DNA of 64,000 nucleotides, taken from positions 1 to 64,000 of the forward strand of contig JAVKIH010000010.1 of assembly GCA_031459625.1 (NCBI GenBank), written 5' to 3'. This stretch comes from Candidatus Geohabitans tengchongensis (GTDB lineage: Bacteria; Sysuimicrobiota; Sysuimicrobiia; Sysuimicrobiales; Humicultoraceae). The position numbers and the translations under genes were made by a program. This document shows, piece after piece, positions 21,684 through 31,794 of the stretch. The notes beneath the pieces were generated by a model. The model was not told the DNA's origin. It saw only the letters and a list, made by a program, of their open reading frames with translations, and did not search any database. Within the stretch, counting starts at the first letter, position 1. The number at the start of each line of letters is the position of its first letter.

Positions 21684-22828
21684 CCTGTGCTCTCCTCCCC
21701 CGACCGGCGGCGCGCCGCGGGTTCGAGGAGCGGGAGGAGGGCGCGCAGCGACTCCTCGTAGACCCGGTCGTGGCCGTGGACGTCGAGCTCGGCCGAGAGC
21801 AGCGAGACCTCGTCGGGCGCGTCCAGGGGGACCAGGCGGCGCGAGGTCCACCCGTCCTCCAGCGTGACCGAGGCGAGCAGGGCCCGGCGGTCCTCGGTCC
21901 CGGCGATGGAGAAGGTGGCCTGCCCGCCCGCGGCGACGATCAGCGCCAGCAGGAGCGCCCCGGCCGGGAGGCGGGAGGTCGCATCGGGGTGGAGGGCCAC
22001 GGTGACGGGGTCGCCCTGCGGGTCGGCGAGCACGGCCCGCCAGACCTCCGCCTCCCGCGTGAACGGCTCCCGCACGCGCCACAGCAGGCGACCGGCCAGC
22101 CAGCCCACGTAGAGCAGCGCCTGCACCCGCGAGGAGGCGGCGTGGGTGAGGCGCACGCGCTCGATGCGGTCCAGGTAGCCGGTGTGCGGCGGGTCGAAGA
22201 AATGCGCCGTCACCCCGCGCCACACCGTCAGCCGCCCCCAGGAGAGGTCGCTCACCGCCACGGGCGCGGGCGGGGCGCTCACCACGCGGGCGACGTCGGC
22301 CAGTCCGGCCGCGCCCTCGGGGAAGGCGGCGGAGTCGAGCACGAGCCGGTCGGCCAGGTCGAGCAGCTCCAGGAGGAGCCCGTCCCAGGTGACCGGCGCC
22401 GGCCAGTAGAGGTAGACCGGCATGTCGGGCAGGACCAGGTGGCGCACCAGGCTGGTCAGCCGGCCGAGGGCCTGGCGCGGCGCCCGCAGGATGATCTGCT
22501 CCGAGACGACCTGCTGGCGCTCCGCGCCCACCGCCGTCCCGTGGGCGGCCACCGCCGCCTGCAGGTCCGGCGCCCCCGGGTCCACCACCAGGATGATGGC
22601 CCGCGCCGGGTGGCGCTGGCTGGTGCGCGCCACCACCTCGATGAGGCGCTCCCCTTCGGCCAGGCCGGGCGCGAAGGCCACCAGCGTGATGGTGCGCGCC
22701 CGCGTGACCGGCCGCCCGAGCTGCTCGGCGGCCGTGCGCAGGAGGTCGCCCAGCTCCCGCTCGATGGCACCCACGGGCACCGGCCGCGGGCGCTCCACCA
22801 GCGGGCGCACGCGCACCGCCGGGCTCAC
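21680..22828 (-). CDS. opcA: Glucose-6-phosphate dehydrogenase assembly protein OpcA
   Basis: HPARAI, SEQI, LPDMPVYLYW and DLSWGRLT.WR motifs; directly after zwf. Confidence 0.9.
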   Translation of the reverse strand: MSPAVRVRPLVERPRPVPVGAIERELGDLLRTAAEQLGRPVTRARTITLVAFAPGLAEGERLIEVVARTSQRHPARAIILVVDPGAPDLQAAVAAHGTAVGAERQQVVSEQIILRAPRQALGRLTSLVRHLVLPDMPVYLYWPAPVTWDGLLLELLDLADRLVLDSAAFPEGAAGLADVARVVSAPPAPVAVSDLSWGRLTVWRGVTAHFFDPPHTGYLDRIERVRLTHAASSRVQALLYVGWLAGRLLWRVREPFTREAEVWRAVLADPQGDPVTVALHPDATSRLPAGALLLALIVAAGGQATFSIAGTEDRRALLASVTLEDGWTSRRLVPLDAPDEVSLLSAELDVHGHDRVYEESLRALLPLLEPAARRRSGEESTG

Positions 22829-22859
22829 CGCCCCGTCCCTCCGCCGCAGGCGGCCGCGG

Positions 22860-24401
22860 CTACAGGCGCCGCCACCGGCGTCCCTCTCGCTCGATCAGGG
22901 CCTTCGCCTCCGGCGGGCCCCACGTCCCGGCCCAGTAGTTGGGGAACGCCGCCGGCGTCTGGGACCACACCTCCAGCAGCGGCATGACGATGGCCCAGGC
23001 CTGCTCCACCTCATCGCGCCGGGCGAAGAGGGTGCGGTCCCCCACCATGGCGTCCAGCAGGAGGCGCTCGTAGGCGGTGGGCTCCTCCACCCCGAAGGAG
23101 GTGCCGTAGTTGAAGTCCATGGTCACCGGGCGGATGCGGGTGAGCTGGCCGGGCACCTTGGCCGAGAAGCGCAGGGCGATGCCCTCGTCGGGCTGGATGT
23201 TGAGGGCCAGCACGTTGGGCTCCAGCTCGTCCACGCCCACCCGCCGGAAGAGGAGCAGGGGCGGCTGCTTGAACTGGATGGCCAGCTCGGTGACACGCTT
23301 GGGCAGGCGCTTCCCCGTGCGCAGGTAGAAGGGCACGCCGGCCCAGCGCCAGTTGTCGATCTCGAAGCGCACCGCCACGAAGGTGGGCGTCTGGGAGTGC
23401 GGGTCCACCCCCTCCTCCTCGCGGTAGCCCGGGACCTCCCGGCCGTCCACCGCGCCCCGCCCGTACTGGCCGCGCACGGCGAAGCTCTCCACCTCCTCGG
23501 GGGTGAAGAGGTGGATGGCGTGGAGGACCTTCACCTTCTCGTCCCGCACCGCGTCCGCCTCCATGGAGATGGGCGGCTCCATGGCCACCAGGGTGAGGAG
23601 CTGCATCAGGTGGTTCTGCAGCATGTCGCGGACCACCCCGGCCTCCTCGTAGAAGGCCCCGCGCCCCTCCACGCCGATGGACTCGGCCACGGTGATCTGC
23701 ACGTGGTCGACGTACTCGCGCGACCAGATCGGCTCGAAGATGGTGTTGGCGAAGCGGAAGATCAGGATGTTCTGGACGGTCTCCTTCCCCAGGTAGTGGT
23801 CGATGCGGTAGACCTGCGACTCGTCGAAGACCTCGGCCACCTTGGCGTTGAGGGCGCGGGCGCTGGCCAGGTCGAAGCCGAAGGGCTTCTCGATGATGAT
23901 GCGCACCCACCCCGGCCCCTCGCCGCGCCGCATCAGGTGGGCGCCCAGGTGGTCGATCACCATGGGGTAGGTGCTGGGCGGCGAGGCCAGGTAGAAGAGG
24001 CGGTTGCCCCCCAGCCCCTGCTGCCGGTCCAGCTCCTCCAGCACGGTGCGCAGGCGGGCGTAGCCCTGGGGGTCGTCGAAGGCGCTCTGGACGTAGTGCA
24101 CGTGCTCGGCGAACGCCTCCCAGGGGGCGGGCTCGAAGGGGACCTCGGTGCTCTCCTCCACGGCCCGACGCAGCTGCTCCCGGAAGGGCTCGGTGCCCAC
24201 GGGGCGGCGCCCCACGCCGACGACGGCGTAGCCGGCCGGCAGCTGCCCCTTGCGGGCCAGGTTGTAGAGGGCCGGGATGAGCCGGCGGCGGGCCAGGTCG
24301 CCGGTGGCCCCGAAGATCACCACGGCGCAGGGGGGCGGCATCCGCCGCAGGCGCAGCCCCTCGCGCAGCCGGTCGGGCAGGGTCGTCGTCGCCTTCACCA
24401 C
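22860..24401 (-). CDS. zwf: Glucose-6-phosphate 1-dehydrogenase
   Basis: GATGDLA, RIDHYLGKETVQN and RDMLQNH motifs. Confidence 0.97.
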   Translation of the reverse strand: MVKATTTLPDRLREGLRLRRMPPPCAVVIFGATGDLARRRLIPALYNLARKGQLPAGYAVVGVGRRPVGTEPFREQLRRAVEESTEVPFEPAPWEAFAEHVHYVQSAFDDPQGYARLRTVLEELDRQQGLGGNRLFYLASPPSTYPMVIDHLGAHLMRRGEGPGWVRIIIEKPFGFDLASARALNAKVAEVFDESQVYRIDHYLGKETVQNILIFRFANTIFEPIWSREYVDHVQITVAESIGVEGRGAFYEEAGVVRDMLQNHLMQLLTLVAMEPPISMEADAVRDEKVKVLHAIHLFTPEEVESFAVRGQYGRGAVDGREVPGYREEEGVDPHSQTPTFVAVRFEIDNWRWAGVPFYLRTGKRLPKRVTELAIQFKQPPLLLFRRVGVDELEPNVLALNIQPDEGIALRFSAKVPGQLTRIRPVTMDFNYGTSFGVEEPTAYERLLLDAMVGDRTLFARRDEVEQAWAIVMPLLEVWSQTPAAFPNYWAGTWGPPEAKALIEREGRRWRRL

Positions 24402-24419
24402 GGTCGTCCCCCCGTCCCC

Positions 24420-25325
24420 TCAGGCCTGGTGGACGGCGTGGCCGCCGAACTGCCGGCGCAGCGCCGCCACCACGCGCGCGCTGAAGGAGTCCTCCTGGCG
24501 GGAGCGGAAGCGGGCGAAGAGGGCCAGCGCGATGGCCGGTACAGGGACGGCGCGCTCCACCGCGTCCTGCACCGTCCAGCGCCCGTAGCCGGTGTCCTCC
24601 ACGTACCCCCGGATCCCGTCCAGGCCGGGGTCGGCGGCGAAGGCGCGCTCGGCCAGCTCCATCAGCCAGGACCGCACCACGCTCCCCTGGTTCCACAGGT
24701 GGGCGATCTGCCGCAGGTCGAGGGGGAACTCCGAGGCGTGCAGCAACTCGAACCCCTCGCCGATCGCCTGCAGCATCCCGTACTCGATGGCGTTGTGCAC
24801 CATCTTCACGAAGTGCCCCGCCCCCGGCGGGCCGACGTGGGCGTAGCCGTCGCGCGGCGCCAGCGTCCGCAGCACCGGCTCCAGGCGCTGCACGTCCTCC
24901 GGGGCGCCGCCCACCATGAGGCAGTAGCCCAGCTCCCGGCCCCACACCCCGCCGCTCACCCCGGCGTCCACGAAGCGCAGCCCCCGGGCGGCCAGCTCCC
25001 GGGCCCGGCGCTGGGAGTCCCGGTAGTGGGCGTTGGCGCCGTCCACCACCAGGTCGTCGGGCTGGAGCAGGGGGAGGAGGGCGTCGAGCATCTGGGTGGT
25101 GGGCGCCCCGGTGGGCAGCATCAGCCAGACCACGCGGGGCGGGGTGAGGCGCTCCGCCAGCTCCGCCAGCGAGGCCGTGCCCACCGCCCCGTACCGCCGC
25201 GCCTCCTCGACCGGTCCGGGGCTGCGGTTGAAGACGACGACCCGGTGTCCACCCTCCAGGAGGCGGCGGGTCATGTTCATGCCCATCCGCCCCAGCCCCA
25301 CGAGCCCGAGCTCCATCGGCGCCAT
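24420..25325 (-). CDS. gnd: 6-phosphogluconate dehydrogenase, short (YqeC-type) form
   Basis: GLGRMG, DAGVSGG, GHFVKMVHNAIEYG and FGGH motifs. Confidence 0.95.
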   Translation of the reverse strand: MAPMELGLVGLGRMGMNMTRRLLEGGHRVVVFNRSPGPVEEARRYGAVGTASLAELAERLTPPRVVWLMLPTGAPTTQMLDALLPLLQPDDLVVDGANAHYRDSQRRARELAARGLRFVDAGVSGGVWGRELGYCLMVGGAPEDVQRLEPVLRTLAPRDGYAHVGPPGAGHFVKMVHNAIEYGMLQAIGEGFELLHASEFPLDLRQIAHLWNQGSVVRSWLMELAERAFAADPGLDGIRGYVEDTGYGRWTVQDAVERAVPVPAIALALFARFRSRQEDSFSARVVAALRRQFGGHAVHQA

Positions 25326-25564
25326 GCTCTTAGTCTACTCGGTGCCCCCCTCCCGTGCTCAGTGGCTGGTCGTCTGGGCGCACCCCGGCCTTCCGTGCCC
25401 TGGAGCGCGCGTGTTCCCTCGGACTGCGGGCCCCCGAACCGGATCGTCGCCAAGGTGACGCACCACGGCCTATTCCTGCTGATCTGGGGGCTCGTGTCAG
25501 GTGTGGAAGATGAGGTGGCGCCCTCGGCAATGTTCGATGAAGCGGTCCGCCGTCCCGGATGGTC

Positions 25565-26626
25565 TTACTCAAAGATGTGGGGTACCTGCAGTTGACGAGA
25601 CAGTGCACGTAGCTCGGCAAGTAGCGGCGGTGAGAGGGGAATGCCTTTGGCTCTCCGCTCCTCAGCGATCAGCGCCTCGAGTTCGCCTGGAAGGTAGACC
25701 CCTTCGCTCCCCTCCGCCCGAGGGGCGCTCTTGACCTGGGTCACGAGGGTCTCTAGATCGTCGTAGAAGCGTACTCGGGGGATGAACCGCTCAATGTCGA
25801 TCGCGATGAGCAAGTGACCCACCCCGCCTTCCCGGCGACGGTGGGCCGTGGCCTGAAGCCCGAAGGGCGACCCGGTGAGCACTCCCGCCAGGACCTCCGA
25901 GATCAGGGCCAGCCCTGCCCCCTTGAAGCCGCCGATGGGAGCGAGGCTTCGCGTCACCAGGGCTTCCCGGGGGTCGGTCGTTGGCTGGCCGGCGGCGTCC
26001 AAGGCCCAGTCCGGCGGAATGGGGCGGCCTTCCAGCGCCGCCAGCCTGATCTTGCCGAAGGCTGCCGTGCTGAGAGCCATGTCCAGGATGATCGGAGGGT
26101 GGGGCGGGCGCCGGGGAATCGCATAGGAGATCGGATTGTTCCCCAGGACCGGCTGCATTGCCCCGTGAGGCGGGAGGACAGGCTCCGAGGTCGTGGTAAC
26201 GTAGCCAATCATGACGGCCTGGGCCACGCGATCCGTGTAGAGAGCGGCCATCCCGAAGTGGTGGCTATTCCGCACCCCCACGGTGCCGATCCCGTACTGG
26301 CCCGCGAGTGCCACGCCGAGGTCGGCAGCCATGAGCATCGGCCGGAAGCCATAGCCCCCGGCCGCATCGATGAGCGCCGTGGCTCCCTCGCGGCGAAGAA
26401 CCCGCACGTTGGGCCGCGTGTTCACCTCTGCCCGCTGCAGGGCATCGACGTACTGCCGAAGGCGCATGACGCCGTGGCTGTCGACCCCGCGCAGGTTCGC
26501 CTCGACCAGACAGCCGGCGATGACGCTGGCCTCCTCGGGCTCGAGATCCACCGCCTGGAGAATGGCCGTGGCCGCCCGGCGCAGCACGTCGGGCGGCACC
26601 CGCACCGCGTCCACGGGGGTTCGCAC
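25565..26626 (-). CDS. Ldh_2-family oxidoreductase (malate/L-lactate/sulfolactate/ureidoglycolate dehydrogenase type)
   Basis: RGVDSHG, NSHHFG, GNNPIS, LDMALS, KGAGLA and YLPGE motifs. Confidence 0.9.
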   Translation of the reverse strand: MRTPVDAVRVPPDVLRRAATAILQAVDLEPEEASVIAGCLVEANLRGVDSHGVMRLRQYVDALQRAEVNTRPNVRVLRREGATALIDAAGGYGFRPMLMAADLGVALAGQYGIGTVGVRNSHHFGMAALYTDRVAQAVMIGYVTTTSEPVLPPHGAMQPVLGNNPISYAIPRRPPHPPIILDMALSTAAFGKIRLAALEGRPIPPDWALDAAGQPTTDPREALVTRSLAPIGGFKGAGLALISEVLAGVLTGSPFGLQATAHRRREGGVGHLLIAIDIERFIPRVRFYDDLETLVTQVKSAPRAEGSEGVYLPGELEALIAEERRAKGIPLSPPLLAELRALSRQLQVPHIFE

Positions 26627-26628
26627 GC

Positions 26629-28155
26629 TCAGGTGCCTCCTGCAACGGGCAGGGACGTCTTGGGCGGAGACCCCCCGCCCAACCGCGGCAGAAGAGGCAA
26701 GCAGGCCACCAGCAGCGTCAGCAGCACCAGGATGAGGCTGAGCGGACGCGTGATGAAGATCCCCAGGCTTCCCATGGAGATGACCAATGAGCGCCGGAGC
26801 GAGGTCTCCACCATCGGCCCGAGCACGAGGCCGATCACCACGGGAACAAGGGGCCAGTCGTAGATGCGCAGGAGGTAGCCCAGCACGCCGAATGCGACCA
26901 TGGCGACCAGGTCGAACAGGATAGGCGTGTCGGCATAGGTCCCGACGATCGTCAGGAGCAGGATGATCGGTGCCAGGATCTGGTACGGCATCCGTAGCAG
27001 CCTCACCCAAAGCCCTATTAGGGGAAGGTTGAGCGCGAGGAGGAGGGCGTTGCCGATGTACATGCTGGCGATCACCCCCCAGACGACCTCCGGGTGGTTC
27101 TGCATAAGTAGCGGGCCCGGCTGGAGGCCGGCGTTGATCAGGCCAACCATGAGGAGGGCGGCCGTGGCGGAGCCGGGGATGCCCAAGGCGAACATGGGCA
27201 CCAGGGTGCCGGCCACAGCGGCGTTGTTGCTGGCCTCTGCACTGGCCACGCCCTCGACGGCGCCTTGACCGAACCGTTGCGGCGTGCGGGACATCCGCTT
27301 CTCCAGCCCGTAGGATACGAAGGAAGCTACACCCGCCCCCGCCCCAGGGAGGATGCCGACGAGAAAGCCGACTGCGGTCCCGCGGAGGATCGCCCAGCGG
27401 GCGCGCACCCAGTCGGCGACCCCGGGGAGCAGGTCCTGGAGGCGGAGGGGCGCCGACACGTACGGGGCCTCTCCGCGATAGAGCTGGGCGTAGCTATACA
27501 AGACCTCCCCTACGCCGAAGACGCCCATGAGCACGACGATGAGGTCGAAGCCATCCAGCAGGGGAATGAGCCCGAAGGTGAACCGCTTCACCCCCGACAT
27601 TGAATCCAGGCCGACGGTAGAGAGGAGCATCCCGAAGGTGAGCATGACGGCGCCCTTGAGCGGCCGGCCGCTCAGGTTGGCCGTCAGTGTGAGGGCCAGC
27701 AGCATCAGAGCGAACTGCTCGGGCGGCCCGAACCTCACGGCGAAATCGGCAAACGGCTTCGCGGCAAACGTCAGCCCCAGGGTGCTGAGCGTTCCGGCGA
27801 TGAACGAGGCGAACGCACTCATGCCCAGGGCCACCCCCGCGCGGCCAGCCCGGGCCATCTGGTGCCCATCCAGCGTGGTCGTGACGCTGGCCACCTCCCC
27901 CGGGACGTTCAAGAGGATCGCCGTAGTGGACCCGCCGTACATCGCCCCGTAGTAGATCGCCGCGAACATGACCATGGCGGTGACCGGATTCAGCCCGTAC
28001 GTCAGCGGGAGGAGCAAGGCCAGCGCGGCAGGCGGGCCCAATCCCGGGAGCACGCCGACGGCAGTGCCCAGAACCGAGCCAAGCGCGGCTGCCAGGAGGT
28101 TCGGGCCCGTCAGAGCGACGCCAAAACCCTCCCCCAGCAGCCGGAGCGCCTCCAT
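26629..28155 (-). CDS. tctA: Tripartite tricarboxylate transporter large permease
   Basis: GVLPGLG, YGAMYGGSTTAILLNVPG and LGIPGS motifs. Confidence 0.93.
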   Translation of the reverse strand: MEALRLLGEGFGVALTGPNLLAAALGSVLGTAVGVLPGLGPPAALALLLPLTYGLNPVTAMVMFAAIYYGAMYGGSTTAILLNVPGEVASVTTTLDGHQMARAGRAGVALGMSAFASFIAGTLSTLGLTFAAKPFADFAVRFGPPEQFALMLLALTLTANLSGRPLKGAVMLTFGMLLSTVGLDSMSGVKRFTFGLIPLLDGFDLIVVLMGVFGVGEVLYSYAQLYRGEAPYVSAPLRLQDLLPGVADWVRARWAILRGTAVGFLVGILPGAGAGVASFVSYGLEKRMSRTPQRFGQGAVEGVASAEASNNAAVAGTLVPMFALGIPGSATAALLMVGLINAGLQPGPLLMQNHPEVVWGVIASMYIGNALLLALNLPLIGLWVRLLRMPYQILAPIILLLTIVGTYADTPILFDLVAMVAFGVLGYLLRIYDWPLVPVVIGLVLGPMVETSLRRSLVISMGSLGIFITRPLSLILVLLTLLVACLPLLPRLGGGSPPKTSLPVAGGT

Positions 28156-28158
28156 GCG

Positions 28159-28602
28159 TTATCGGCCTGACAGCGGGCCCGCTGGGAGTGCCACCCCTAG
28201 CAATCGTGCAAACACGACCAGGATGGTCAGCACGGCGGCGCACGCGACCGCCGCCGCTCGGAGCGGCCGGACGCCGCCAGCCAGAACGAGCAGGGTCATG
28301 AGGTAGAGCCAAGCAGTCACCGCAAACCCAAGGCGGTCCAGGACGAGCACGGCTCCCAGGGACGCCGCTACGGCAATGAGGACGGTCCGGGGGGCGTGTG
28401 GCACTCGGACGAGGGGAGGTGTAAGGTCCCGGACGCTCGAGAGGATGATGGCCAGCGATCCCACCCCCATCCCCAGGGAGAGCCACAGGGGGAGGAACCC
28501 GGGGCCCACGCCAAAGGTTGCCCGATAGCCCAACTGCAGGCTTTGGGTGAAGAAGACCGCCCCGAGCAGCAGGAAGAAGGCGGCGAGCAGGAGGTTCCCC
28601 AC
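28159..28602 (-). CDS. tctB: Tripartite tricarboxylate transporter small permease
   Basis: GPGFLP motif, about 4 TMs, LGVALPAG C-terminus; between tctC and tctA. Confidence 0.85.
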   Translation of the reverse strand: MGNLLLAAFFLLLGAVFFTQSLQLGYRATFGVGPGFLPLWLSLGMGVGSLAIILSSVRDLTPPLVRVPHAPRTVLIAVAASLGAVLVLDRLGFAVTAWLYLMTLLVLAGGVRPLRAAAVACAAVLTILVVFARLLGVALPAGPLSGR

Positions 28603-28606
28603 AGGC

Positions 28607-29614
28607 CTACCGCTGCTGCTGGATCTGCCTCGTGAACTTCAGCAGGAGCCGGTCGAGCAAGGCCATCTCAGCGCGGGTACGCTCGCTGTCCACCCAGGTG
28701 ATTCGAAAACCCACACGCTCGGCCGCGTCCTTGAACTCCTGATCCTCAGCCAGCCCTCGGAGGAGCGTCTCTAGTGTACGAAGGCGGTCGGGGTATGTTT
28801 GCCGAATGCGGGCAGAGGTGGCGATGAACCGCCCCGTCGAGATCGAGGGTACGATGACGTTCTTCAGCCCCATGTTGCGGAGTGCTTCGTTGACCGTTGG
28901 GACCCCCGGCATGTGCGGCATGCGGACGTCTGCGAACACCGCGAGGACCCGAAACCGGTCAGGGTAGTAGGCCTTTGCCCCGTCCACCGAATAACCGAGG
29001 ATGTCGAAGTGACCTCCGAGGAAGTCGGCCACAAGCTTGCCTCCGGAGTCGTAGGCGATCCAACGAGGCGGACGGAGGCCGAGCCGGGCGGCCAATTCTA
29101 GCAGGGCCAGCTGTGAGGAATGACCCGGGGTCGCGCCAAACGTGAGCCGGTTTGGATCCGCCTTCAGGGTGCGGATCAAGTCCTGCAGTGTCTTGATGGG
29201 CGACGTGGGCGAGACGGCGAGGACGGCGGGGTCGATGTTCAGAAAGCCCAGGTAGGCGAACTCATCGACGCGTAGGCCGCCATTGCGGAGCGCCTGCAGC
29301 CAGTCCGGCGTGGCCATGATCAGAAGGCTGTGGCCATCGGGCGGTTGGCCAAGGAGGTGGAGAGCGCCGTTGATGAACCCGCCACCCGGGACGTTGCGCA
29401 AGACGACAGGAACTCCGGCGCGGCGCGATAGGTGGGGCTGCATGATGTGAGAGAGGCGGTCTACAGAGGATCCGGGACCGGTCGGGATGACGATCGTCAG
29501 CGGCTTGTCCGGCCAGGCAGGTTGGGCCTGGGCGCTGTGGGGCAGCAGCAGGGCGAGGAGGACGATCCCCACAAGGCGGGCCAGGCGCGGCCTTGTCACG
29601 GACTGTTCGGACAT
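28607..29614 (-). CDS. tctC: Tripartite tricarboxylate transporter substrate-binding protein (Bug/TctC)
   Basis: Signal peptide; WPDKPLTIVIP..PG, NVPGGG, PPDG and VPTVNE motifs. Confidence 0.88.
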   Translation of the reverse strand: MSEQSVTRPRLARLVGIVLLALLLPHSAQAQPAWPDKPLTIVIPTGPGSSVDRLSHIMQPHLSRRAGVPVVLRNVPGGGFINGALHLLGQPPDGHSLLIMATPDWLQALRNGGLRVDEFAYLGFLNIDPAVLAVSPTSPIKTLQDLIRTLKADPNRLTFGATPGHSSQLALLELAARLGLRPPRWIAYDSGGKLVADFLGGHFDILGYSVDGAKAYYPDRFRVLAVFADVRMPHMPGVPTVNEALRNMGLKNVIVPSISTGRFIATSARIRQTYPDRLRTLETLLRGLAEDQEFKDAAERVGFRITWVDSERTRAEMALLDRLLLKFTRQIQQQR

Positions 29615-29630
29615 GGCGGTTCCTCCTCCC

Positions 29631-30431
29631 TCAACTGATCTCGGCCTTCACTTCCCGCAGGAAGCCTCCGACAGCGACCTGAGCGAGGAAGTTGATACTC
29701 TGAACCATGATCATCCGGACGCCTGTATCGTGCAGTTTTTTGATCCGACGGACTAGCTCATCCATGTCGTAGGCGTAGCTGGTGTTCGCCCCGATCATGA
29801 TGTGGTGCTCGGCACCGTAGGCCACCGCCCGCTTCACATAGTCCCAGAGCTTTGGGAGGTACCAATCGGGCTTGCGCCCGCCCGACAGCACCTTGCTCGA
29901 GTCCGTCATCGCGAAGAAGAACGCTTTCAGCCCCGGGAGGCGCAAGGTTTCGTCGAACTCCTCGTAGGCGGTCACGCTCTCGAGGTGGGGGATGATGAAT
30001 GTGTTCTGCTCCATCTCCGTGGTGCGCGGATCCCACTCTTCGAAGCTGTCGAAGGGATGGATCCATAGAGCTTTGCGGTGCCAGTCGCCCGCCATGGACA
30101 GGCACTCCTCGATCTCGCGCTTCCCCGAGTTCGACACGAGGACGAAGTTCGCTCCGATCGACAGGAGGCGGAAGACGTCGACGGACACCCGGTGGTCATA
30201 GCCGAGCCAGGGGCAGGACTGTACCCGGACAACCGGCGTGACGCCGGCGGCTTCGGCGGCGGTGATGAGCGCGTGGACCTGGTTGAAGTCGAAGGGGGAG
30301 AGGATCTGGTCGATAAACACCCAGTCGAACCCTAAGTGGGCGCACAAGTCGATCATGTCGGGACTCATTGCAATCGTGCCGATCGAGGTTTTTCCGGTCC
30401 TGAAGTTCTCGAGCAGCGGGCTCCTCGCCAT
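29631..30431 (-). CDS. HpcH/HpaI class II aldolase/citrate-lyase superfamily protein (divergent)
   Basis: GFDWVFID, TPVVRV and LES motifs; strong RBS. Confidence 0.75.
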   Translation of the reverse strand: MARSPLLENFRTGKTSIGTIAMSPDMIDLCAHLGFDWVFIDQILSPFDFNQVHALITAAEAAGVTPVVRVQSCPWLGYDHRVSVDVFRLLSIGANFVLVSNSGKREIEECLSMAGDWHRKALWIHPFDSFEEWDPRTTEMEQNTFIIPHLESVTAYEEFDETLRLPGLKAFFFAMTDSSKVLSGGRKPDWYLPKLWDYVKRAVAYGAEHHIMIGANTSYAYDMDELVRRIKKLHDTGVRMIMVQSINFLAQVAVGGFLREVKAEIS

Positions 30432-30479
30432 CTTCCCCCTCCTCCGGCCGTTATGATGTGCTTGCATCAACACAGCGCT

Positions 30480-30833
30480 TTACCGGGGAAGAGCCGTCTC
30501 ACTCGACCCTCGAATGGCCAAGAAGATCAGCTCTTCGCGAGACGTGTTGAGGAACCGGTGGCGGACGTGACCCTGGACGAAGACAAAGTCCCCAGGACCG
30601 ACCGGGAGTTCCCGGTCTCCCAGGCAGATCCGACCGTGACCACTGATCACGTAGTTTGCCTGCGGCCAGGGATGGGAGTGGAGTGCGGATCGACCTCCAA
30701 CGCCTATCCGGATGCTGCGGATGTCAAAGTGGCCGCCGCTGTGCTGCAGGCTAATGAGGCGGCGCTCCGCGATCTGCTCCGCGCCGTCCACCACGATCGG
30801 CACGTACCCATCCCCCGGTACGCGCAACAGCAT
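30480..30833 (-). CDS. Cupin-domain protein
   Basis: HSHPWPQANYVISG and PGD..FV..HVRHRF motifs. Confidence 0.85.
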   Translation of the reverse strand: MLLRVPGDGYVPIVVDGAEQIAERRLISLQHSGGHFDIRSIRIGVGGRSALHSHPWPQANYVISGHGRICLGDRELPVGPGDFVFVQGHVRHRFLNTSREELIFLAIRGSSETALPR

Positions 30834-30881
30834 CGGACTCTCCCCCCAGGAACCCTCCAGGCAGCTTACGCGCGCATGATT

Positions 30882-30891
30882 TTGTATACAA
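30882..30891. promoter_or_regulatory. Putative GntR/FadR operator TTGTATACAA; second site CTGCATACAA at 31025-31034
   Basis: Perfect palindrome in the divergent intergenic region between the cupin-aldolase-tct operon and the GntR gene. Confidence 0.65.
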
Positions 30892-31077
30892 TCAGGCCTT
30901 CTCGCAGGATCTAGCCGCCAAAACCCCCCTTCGAATACCTACAAAAAAGTCCGGGATTTGTGGGAAATCACGCCCCTGAGTCCCCGCTGCCCGGCCCACC
31001 TCGACAAGGAGGGGTTCGCCCAGACTGCATACAATTCCTCCCTGACGGGCATACCAGTCCATGGGGGAGGGAGTCCG

Positions 31078-31794
31078 ATGGTGTTGGCCCCGCGACTGGC
31101 CAAACTGGACGTGTACGAACGGCTTCGTCAGATGATCGTCGAAGAGGAGCTGAAGCCGGGGCAGCGACTGGCGGAGGAGTGGTTGGCCAGCCGGCTGGGA
31201 GCTAGCCGAACGCCGATCCGCGAGGCCCTTCAGCGGCTGGAGGGGGACGGGCTGGTCCTGCTCCGGCCTCGCCGCGGCGCGATTGTCCGCCCGTTCACCC
31301 TGGCGGAACTGATCCGCCTCTTTGAACTGCGGGTGCGGCTAGAAGAGTACGCTGCCCGCCTGAGCGCGCTGAACATCACGGCGGCGGAGCTCACTGTCCT
31401 TCAGGCGAGCATTGAAGAACACGACCGCGTGCTGACTACCCTCCCGGCGTCAGGGGCCGGACGCACGGCGGGCGTCCGGAGGCTCGTCACGATCAACCAG
31501 GAGTTCCACCGCGCCATCCACGAGGCAAGCCGAAACGAACATGTGCTCGTGATGCTCAACCGTTTACAATACTTCCCGCTGGTCTACAGGACAATCTTCC
31601 TCCAGGACGATCTGGAGCGGAGAATCTCATTACAACATCATGAGCAGCTCGTTTATGCGCTTCATCACCGCGACGCGGAGTTGGCCGAGTCGGTGATGCG
31701 AGCGCACGTCCTCCACGGGCGTCTCTCCCTTGTGCGCCACGTCCGCTCTCCAGACGGCGCAAGCACCTCGGCACCCGACAAGGGAAGACCATGA
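31078..31794 (+). CDS. GntR-family (FCD) transcriptional regulator
   Basis: LKPGQRL.EE.LA..LGASRTPIREAL HTH; N.EFH and HEQL FCD motifs. Confidence 0.92.
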   Translation: MVLAPRLAKLDVYERLRQMIVEEELKPGQRLAEEWLASRLGASRTPIREALQRLEGDGLVLLRPRRGAIVRPFTLAELIRLFELRVRLEEYAARLSALNITAAELTVLQASIEEHDRVLTTLPASGAGRTAGVRRLVTINQEFHRAIHEASRNEHVLVMLNRLQYFPLVYRTIFLQDDLERRISLQHHEQLVYALHHRDAELAESVMRAHVLHGRLSLVRHVRSPDGASTSAPDKGRP

